Source of the DNA: Nitrospirota bacterium
GTDB taxonomy: Bacteria > Nitrospirota > UBA9217
Direction of reading: 5' to 3'
Assembly (NCBI GenBank): GCA_963840455.1
Contig: CAWIYV010000004.1
Span: 64,001 to 128,000 of the forward strand
DNA: 64,000 bases
Below are positions 58,688-64,000 of the stretch, piece after piece (positions within the stretch are counted from its first letter, which is position 1; every line of letters begins with the position of its first letter). The notes under the pieces are model-generated. The model ran no database searches. It had not been told where the DNA came from and saw nothing but the letters and a program-made list of their open reading frames with translations. The translations under genes and the position numbers were made by a program.

Positions 58688-58791
58688 AGCGTGTGATCGA
58701 GCAACTACAGATTCAAGTGTGCCCCCAAACCCTTCATGAACCACTTGGCAGATCAATATGTCATCAAATCAAGTCTGGCCCTCGACAGTCC
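58688..58791. repeat. Family E direct repeat, copy 4
   Basis: gcgtgtgatcgagcaactacagattcaagtgtgcccccaaacccttcatgaaccacttggc...ctcgacagtcc. Confidence 0.9.
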
Positions 58792-58897
58792 AAGGACCTG
58801 GAAGACCCCAGAATGTAACCTTGGCCCTCTAACGTCCACTTGAGAACGATCAACATCTCATAAACTCAAGCCTGACCAACTTCCATTCCACAAAGAC

Positions 58898-59773
58898 CTA
58901 ATGCAAGACCCGATCCAATAAGATTGCGAAAGCGTGATGATTAAGCAACAATTTATAATCCGCGCATAGCGCCAACTCCCTATGAAGATTATCACGTGTG
59001 TGCGAATCAAGGCTTAGTCCTCTTTCTCGAAAATACCAAGCTAAAAGTGCTATAAGGTCGTGGCCGTGGATATGGAATTTGTGGTCAGTCTTCAACCTTT
59101 TCCTCAGCTGATCCACTTCTTGTAAAAACTCATTCTTCTGAGAATACCTTCTATTTTTTGATAAGAAGCGATCTATGTAATCATCGGCGTCGAAAGATAT
59201 CTTCCACCCCTCGAGTTTCATGCAAACGGGTTTATCAAGCCAGTCCATATACCAACCCAAAGTGTGATTCGCCATCCTCAGGAGAAAGAGTTCACTTAGC
59301 GTACTGGCTATTGTTATCAGGATAGTACCAATAGGCCAATCACTACGCCCATAGTATACTGTGATCAGTTTTTCGAGAATGGCACTCTCAAACAAGTAGG
59401 CTTCCATGCACGCGAAGTCAGTGTATACAAGACAGGGTTTTTCTAAGATATCACCTAGAACATGGCTAAAGTCCGCGTCTACAAAGCAAGTGATCTGCTT
59501 AGCATGCTTTCCAAAGCGCTCTTCAACTATGAATGATAAGTAGATCACGCGTCCCCGGTTGTTGCCCTTTAGCCCCATGCGCAGAACTTCTTCTTCAGGA
59601 ATCTCAACTGTGGCTATTTCATAGACACCAGCCGATGCCACGCCGACCGTGCGGAAGAACCAGCGAATTATTGCCGCGTCAAAAGAGCCCTCAACATAGA
59701 CATCTCTACGTATCGGATGTCGTTCATATAGAAAACACAATTCACTTAACTTACGTCTGGGTATTGTACTCAT
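58898..59773 (-). CDS. TOPRIM (DUF4435-like) protein, AriB-like
   Basis: VYVEGSFD, CFVDADF (DxD), MEAYL, HGHDL; ATG at 59773, 2 nt after the ATPase stop. Confidence 0.75.
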   Translation of the reverse strand: MSTIPRRKLSELCFLYERHPIRRDVYVEGSFDAAIIRWFFRTVGVASAGVYEIATVEIPEEEVLRMGLKGNNRGRVIYLSFIVEERFGKHAKQITCFVDADFSHVLGDILEKPCLVYTDFACMEAYLFESAILEKLITVYYGRSDWPIGTILITIASTLSELFLLRMANHTLGWYMDWLDKPVCMKLEGWKISFDADDYIDRFLSKNRRYSQKNEFLQEVDQLRKRLKTDHKFHIHGHDLIALLAWYFRERGLSLDSHTRDNLHRELALCADYKLLLNHHAFAILLDRVLH

Positions 59774-59775
59774 GG

Positions 59776-61122
59776 CTAGTTCTCTGAGGCTTTTATATTC
59801 TCTAGCGGCGCAACATAATCTCGATATTGAGAGAGTATCTCGATTGAATGAGTTGCCAGCATTATTTGAAAGGCAGTACCTGACAGGCAAGTCGTCAAGG
59901 CTGGAATAAGTCTACGCTGCCACTCTACATTTAAAGAAATCTCTGGCTCATCAATAATAAGGATTGTCCCTTCTCGCCGTGCACTAATCGCATTACAGAG
60001 AAGCAGCAGAAGCTGTTTTTCACCTGAAGATAAAACGGCAGGATTCAACTGATTGCCTTTGTCGGATTTCAATACAAGTCCCTCGTCTAAATGGATCGTG
60101 GCATTCTTATGAGCATAGAATTCATTGAGGAGTGATACAAAGCTCTCCATGACTCTCTGTAATTCCTGCAATGCGTCTAGGCGCGCCTTATGTCCTTCTA
60201 GATATGGCCCAAGGACTGTTCTCAGAATACTTAAGCGTTGCGAACCCGCATCTGCTAAAGGACCAGTGAGCATGGCGATGTCGAGTTCTGGCGTAAGTCC
60301 AAATTTTGCAAATGTGGCATTTCTTTGCCCCAGCCGTTCAAGATCTGCTATTAAGTTTTTCAGCGTTTCTCCCGCTTGTGCCCCGGGCTCACTACCATAA
60401 GTCACTACGCGCTGAATAATATCTTTATAGATTGAATGCACTGATGTGTAGCCTACATTTGTGCCTGATAAAGCTTGTTTCCGAAACCACTCTACCGCTC
60501 CTTCTATTGACATCCTAAGTTGTATATCTGTACTTGTCGCTTTCTCCTCCTCACCCTTTATAACGATGCGTCCCTCTTCAATTTCGCTAAGCAAGCTTCG
60601 ATGCATGGCATATCGTCTTTCCTCACTCCGGCCTTCGAGTCTTCTTGTATCTCGCAAATAATGAAATGTGATCCCCAAATCATTTAACAATTGGCAAAGC
60701 CTTTCGTATTCTTTGTCTTCCTTCTTTTTTGTCTTATCAGGGATCCAAGTCCATTTGGCGATTTCTTTCTTATCCTTACTCAATGTAATATCATATGGGC
60801 CAGGGTCCGGACTCTTAGCTCTACTCGCAGAAATAGTAAGGCCTGAAGTTAACTTAATATCAAATCGAGAAAAAGGAATTTCTCCGATATATGATCTGTG
60901 ACCGCCAAAAGGCTCTGGATTCATCAGATGATAGATAAGATTTAAGAGTGTTGTTTTACCAGCACCATTTTCTCCATACAAAAGAAGCAGCTTTCCCGAT
61001 TCGGGTCCTGGTGTCGTCGCCGCAGTGAGACGATATGTGAAAGTGTTGAAAAGATCTTCTACATAGATTTGGTCAATTAAAGAAATCTTAGTTCTTTCGT
61101 CTACTTTGATCGTATTTGCCAT
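59776..61122 (-). CDS. ABC/AAA_15-21-type ATPase, AriA-like
   Basis: Walker A GENGAGKT, signature LSSGEKQ, Walker B IIDEPEISL, ATHS. Confidence 0.88.
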   Translation of the reverse strand: MANTIKVDERTKISLIDQIYVEDLFNTFTYRLTAATTPGPESGKLLLLYGENGAGKTTLLNLIYHLMNPEPFGGHRSYIGEIPFSRFDIKLTSGLTISASRAKSPDPGPYDITLSKDKKEIAKWTWIPDKTKKKEDKEYERLCQLLNDLGITFHYLRDTRRLEGRSEERRYAMHRSLLSEIEEGRIVIKGEEEKATSTDIQLRMSIEGAVEWFRKQALSGTNVGYTSVHSIYKDIIQRVVTYGSEPGAQAGETLKNLIADLERLGQRNATFAKFGLTPELDIAMLTGPLADAGSQRLSILRTVLGPYLEGHKARLDALQELQRVMESFVSLLNEFYAHKNATIHLDEGLVLKSDKGNQLNPAVLSSGEKQLLLLLCNAISARREGTILIIDEPEISLNVEWQRRLIPALTTCLSGTAFQIMLATHSIEILSQYRDYVAPLENIKASEN

Positions 61123-61313
61123 TGTGGCCTCCAATTCCCGGCAGGGAAATTTCTTTAAAGGCTGCAGACTCAATCGTTTAGCTGTCTTTGAGCGAACGCA
61201 ATGCCACCTTTGAATGGGTTGTTACTTAGGAACATTTAGGGCCAGATCTCTTTTTTTTGCAGATGCCTATTAGCGCTCTTGCTTAGGTTCGGACATCTTT
61301 GGGTACGTTGTTT

Positions 61314-61469
61314 TTACCTGCGCTTTCCTGCCGTTCTCCTGCCTGCCTTCCGCTTTCTCCCCGCTTTTGTCTTCGCCGCCCTCTTCTTTGCTTTCTTCTT
61401 CTTCGCCTTCTTCTTCGGCGCATGCCAGTTCCGCGGGATCGGCTGCAGCATGCTGATGCGGTTGCCCTC
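61314..61469 (-). pseudogene. VOC-like 3' fragment / small Lys-rich peptide, copy 1
   Basis: EGNRISMLQPIPRNWHAPKKKAKKKKAKKRAAKTKAGRKRK...*; second copy at 62974. Confidence 0.6.
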
Positions 61470-61473
61470 GTGC

Positions 61474-61947
61474 TTACTGGAGTTTGGTCAATATCAGATC
61501 CCAGCGTTCCAGCCACTGCTGGCTTCCTTCTGTAAAACAGTTTTGGACATCCGACCAATATGCAATAAATTTATAGACCTCTTCATCATTGCTATGAATC
61601 ATTTTAAGAGCGTCCACCGGAAGGACAAAGAACGCGTGCTTATCAAACCAATAAGCCACAATGAAATCACTTGAATTCTTCTCATTCGGCGTCACGGTAA
61701 AATGGACAGCATTTCGATTCGTTCGATCCGTAACTACATTCTGACGAGTCTTTACTTCAATCTTAATTTGTGAAATATCATGGTTGCTGTCTAAACGCTG
61801 TAAAACCAAATCGCAACCTGTTTCAGTATAATTCTTAAACAATGTCCAGCCCGGCTTATCTTGCATTCGCATGGCCAAGTTTAAGAGAACTGCGCCTTCA
61901 CCAACCTCCTGCAATAACGCCTTCAAATTTTGCGATAACTGCGCCAT
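61474..61947 (-). CDS. Putative PD-(D/E)XK nuclease
   Basis: EVGEGAV, GCDLVL..KIEVKTRQ, DFIV pattern. Confidence 0.65.
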   Translation of the reverse strand: MAQLSQNLKALLQEVGEGAVLLNLAMRMQDKPGWTLFKNYTETGCDLVLQRLDSNHDISQIKIEVKTRQNVVTDRTNRNAVHFTVTPNEKNSSDFIVAYWFDKHAFFVLPVDALKMIHSNDEEVYKFIAYWSDVQNCFTEGSQQWLERWDLILTKLQ

Positions 61948-62087
61948 CCCGCCCCCCCCCACGAAACCTTTAGGGTACCAGCCCGGGGTCAGTACCAGCC
62001 CAGGGTCATGCTTAATTATTGAGATTCGGGTCGGTTGTAGGTCAAGTTCCAGAATTCACCTTCTCACCCGCCAGGCCTACCCCATCC

Positions 62088-62915
62088 TCACATCCTCCAC
62101 TCGATCTTCGGCGCATTCCTGGGCACCAGCCGCTGGTACCGGTACTTCGGATATCCCGCCATCAGGACGCCATGGACAGCGTTGTCCGCGGGGACCTTCA
62201 GGGCCTCCCGGAGCGGCTGCCATTGGAGCAGTCCCACCATGACGAAACCGGCCCAGCAGGCACCGAGGCCGAACGTGGGCGCTGCAAGGTCGAAGTAAGC
62301 GAGCGCCGAGGTGCAGTCAACGGCGCCCAGTCCGTAGGCCTTCGGCGCATGGGCAAAGACGAGCACCGGGGCCCCGCGGGTGACGCCGTCTGCCCCGATC
62401 TCCCAGTCCGCCACGACGCGGTCGAGACGGTAGCTCAGCGCTATCGGGGCCTTTGCCTTTACCAGCTCCCGCATGTGATCAACGACCATGCCGGCCAGCT
62501 TCTTCACCTCGTCGCGGGAATTGACGACGAGCCAGCTTACGAGCTGGCTGTTCCCGCCGGTGGGCGCGTACCGCGCAATCTCGATCAGCTTCTGGAGCTT
62601 CTCCTGCTCAACGCGCTTGTCCTGATACGTGCGGATGGAGCGGCGGGAGCGGAGGAACTGCTCGGCCTGTGCAGGCGACAGGCTGAGCGCCCGGTCGAGT
62701 GTAGGGAAGTCCTCGTGCTTCAGCATCGAATGGGTGAACGCACCGTGCGGACAGACGGCGACGCAGTGGCCGCACCGGATGCATCGCTCCGCCGCGTCCG
62801 GCGTCGGCACCGGTGTCGAGGAGGCATCCTTCATCGCGATGATCTTGATGGGGCATTCGGCAACGCAGATGCCGTCCCGTTTGCATTTCTTATCGTCGAT
62901 CGTAAACAGGCTCAT
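62088..62915 (-). CDS. Ferredoxin-nitroreductase fusion
   Basis: CKRDGICVAECP, CIRCGHCVAVCP, SRRSIR, APTGGNSQ, GLGACWAG. Confidence 0.93.
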   Translation of the reverse strand: MSLFTIDDKKCKRDGICVAECPIKIIAMKDASSTPVPTPDAAERCIRCGHCVAVCPHGAFTHSMLKHEDFPTLDRALSLSPAQAEQFLRSRRSIRTYQDKRVEQEKLQKLIEIARYAPTGGNSQLVSWLVVNSRDEVKKLAGMVVDHMRELVKAKAPIALSYRLDRVVADWEIGADGVTRGAPVLVFAHAPKAYGLGAVDCTSALAYFDLAAPTFGLGACWAGFVMVGLLQWQPLREALKVPADNAVHGVLMAGYPKYRYQRLVPRNAPKIEWRM

Positions 62916-62973
62916 GAAGCCTCCTTGAAGCCCCGGGAGCGAACCCCTGCGGGTCAGGTCTTTACCGTTAGTA

Positions 62974-63128
62974 TTATCCTCGTTTTACTGCCGTTCTCCT
63001 TACTGCCTTCCGCTTTTTTCCCGCTTTTGTCTTCGCCGCCTTCTTCTTTGTTATCTTCTTCTTTGCCTTCTTCTTCGGCGCATGCCAGTTCCGTGGAATG
63101 GGCTGCAGCATGCTGACGCGGTTGCCCT
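62974..63128 (-). pseudogene. VOC-like 3' fragment / small Lys-rich peptide, copy 2
   Basis: GNRVSMLQPIPRNWHAPKKKAKKKITKKKAAKTKAGKKRK...*. Confidence 0.6.
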
Positions 63129-63158
63129 GCTAAACGGTGAGACCTGCCCTCAGCATTC

Positions 63159-64000
63159 CTAATATATTTTTTCCATCTCCTCGCGCTTTGTGTAGGGAAC
63201 AATATCGAGAACTTCGCTGTTCCGGAATACCAATGCGAGCTTCGGCACTTCTTTTCCGCCTTCTACGTAACCGAACCCCCAGACGGTAATTACACCGGCA
63301 GGCCGCAGCATGGTCCATCGATGCTCGGACGTGGTGTTCAAGAACCCTTTCATACCGAAGATCGTAAAATCCACTCCCGTCGGCATCATCACGAAGATCC
63401 CGCCAAGCGTTTTCACAGCCACCATCAGCGGAGTACCTTTATTCAATTGCTTCAATTTCAGCTCCGACTCTTGAAACGCGGCAGGTGATAAATAGGCGCT
63501 GCTATAGGAACCACTGGTGATCGGCGTTTTTTCAGCAGTGATCCCGGCGGGGTCCGGTTCAGTAAAAGGCAGCGCCTGAACGTCCTTTACTCGTATGTCC
63601 CTGAGGTAGATCTGCGTATTCACCACACCCGGGTCGCGTACGGACCCGATATTCGGCGCCTTGCTCGCCTGAAGCTTTTTGTATTCGTCCTGAGAGATAA
63701 GACTGGCTTCGGTCCTCAATATATATTTCGGTACGAGATTAATTTCGCCCCAGATATATCCGAAAACATGGGAACCATACACCGTGTCCCCCGACCGGCC
63801 GATAAGAGAGCCAAATTTATAATAGGCCTGCTCAATTCCACCGGACATGCTCTGGATCCATCCGTCCGATTTTGTTACCAAAGCGACTGTCCTGCTTCCC
63901 TGCTGGATCGGGAACACAGCCCACTTGAGACCCGTCGCGTCCGGGGAATCGCCGGGTTTTAATTTAAGGAGTAACGGCTCTGCCCTGCTAAAAGCATCTT
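63159..64000 (-). CDS. Hypothetical protein (5' end outside window)
   Basis: The frame of ORF 63159..63917 stays open upstream to the window edge. Confidence 0.65.
   Translation of the reverse strand, partial: DAFSRAEPLLLKLKPGDSPDATGLKWAVFPIQQGSRTVALVTKSDGWIQSMSGGIEQAYYKFGSLIGRSGDTVYGSHVFGYIWGEINLVPKYILRTEASLISQDEYKKLQASKAPNIGSVRDPGVVNTQIYLRDIRVKDVQALPFTEPDPAGITAEKTPITSGSYSSAYLSPAAFQESELKLKQLNKGTPLMVAVKTLGGIFVMMPTGVDFTIFGMKGFLNTTSEHRWTMLRPAGVITVWGFGYVEGGKEVPKLALVFRNSEVLDIVPYTKREEMEKIY

Noticed and set aside
49202-58791. Family E as a CRISPR array or integron attC sites
   Set aside because: Repeats are ~104 bp and spaced 1-6 kb apart. No cas or intI gene is present, and I see no RYYYAAC...GTTRRRY boxes.
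63123-63992. 12-bp direct repeat TGCCCTGCTAAA at 63123 and 63981
   Set aside because: The second copy lies inside an open reading frame and cannot be distinguished from chance without sequence beyond the window.
1-64000. tRNA or rRNA genes
   Set aside because: None recognised by eye; a tRNAscan-SE/barrnap run would be needed to exclude them.

Overview
GC-rich bacterial chromosomal window; the gene content suggests an anaerobic Nitrospirota/Desulfobacterota-like organism, which is inference only. 1-6.2 kb: pyrimidine operon (pyrR-pyrB-pyrC-metallophosphoesterase-carA-radical SAM) with a clear PyrR attenuator, plus tatA. 6.5-10.5 kb: c-di-GMP genes (PAS-GGDEF, HAMP-HD-GYP, TPR lipoprotein). 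10.7-25.4 kb: a long minus-strand cluster behind a sigma54 promoter. It holds USPs, TauE/SafE, a TIGR02186-like protein, two GspE-N/MshEN-like proteins carrying 3+2 arginine-ladder DUF202/Vtc1-like modules, HK/RR, a PEP-synthase-like dikinase lacking its TIM barrel, a degenerate beta-lactamase-fold protein and pgk. 25.7-38.2 kb: frameshifted aldo/keto reductase, RND pump, lgt, ChaN, hybrid HK and others. 38.2-51.4 kb: small stress/detox genes interleaved with at least three families of structured, partly nested non-coding repeats. 49.2-64 kb: an AT-richer mosaic with PARIS-like AAA+TOPRIM, WYL-HNH, an MBL/beta-CASP + PD-(D/E)XK operon and an IS1202-like IS. Here genes and gene fragments are separated by a ~104-bp direct repeat and by a CAAGTCTGACCCC-type motif, giving a cassette-like array that is not an integron. 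The best novelty candidates are the 3+2 DUF202 putative pseudo-pentameric channel, the repeat-bounded cassette array and the two-stranded structured repeat. All family calls come from motif recognition by eye; no database was searched.
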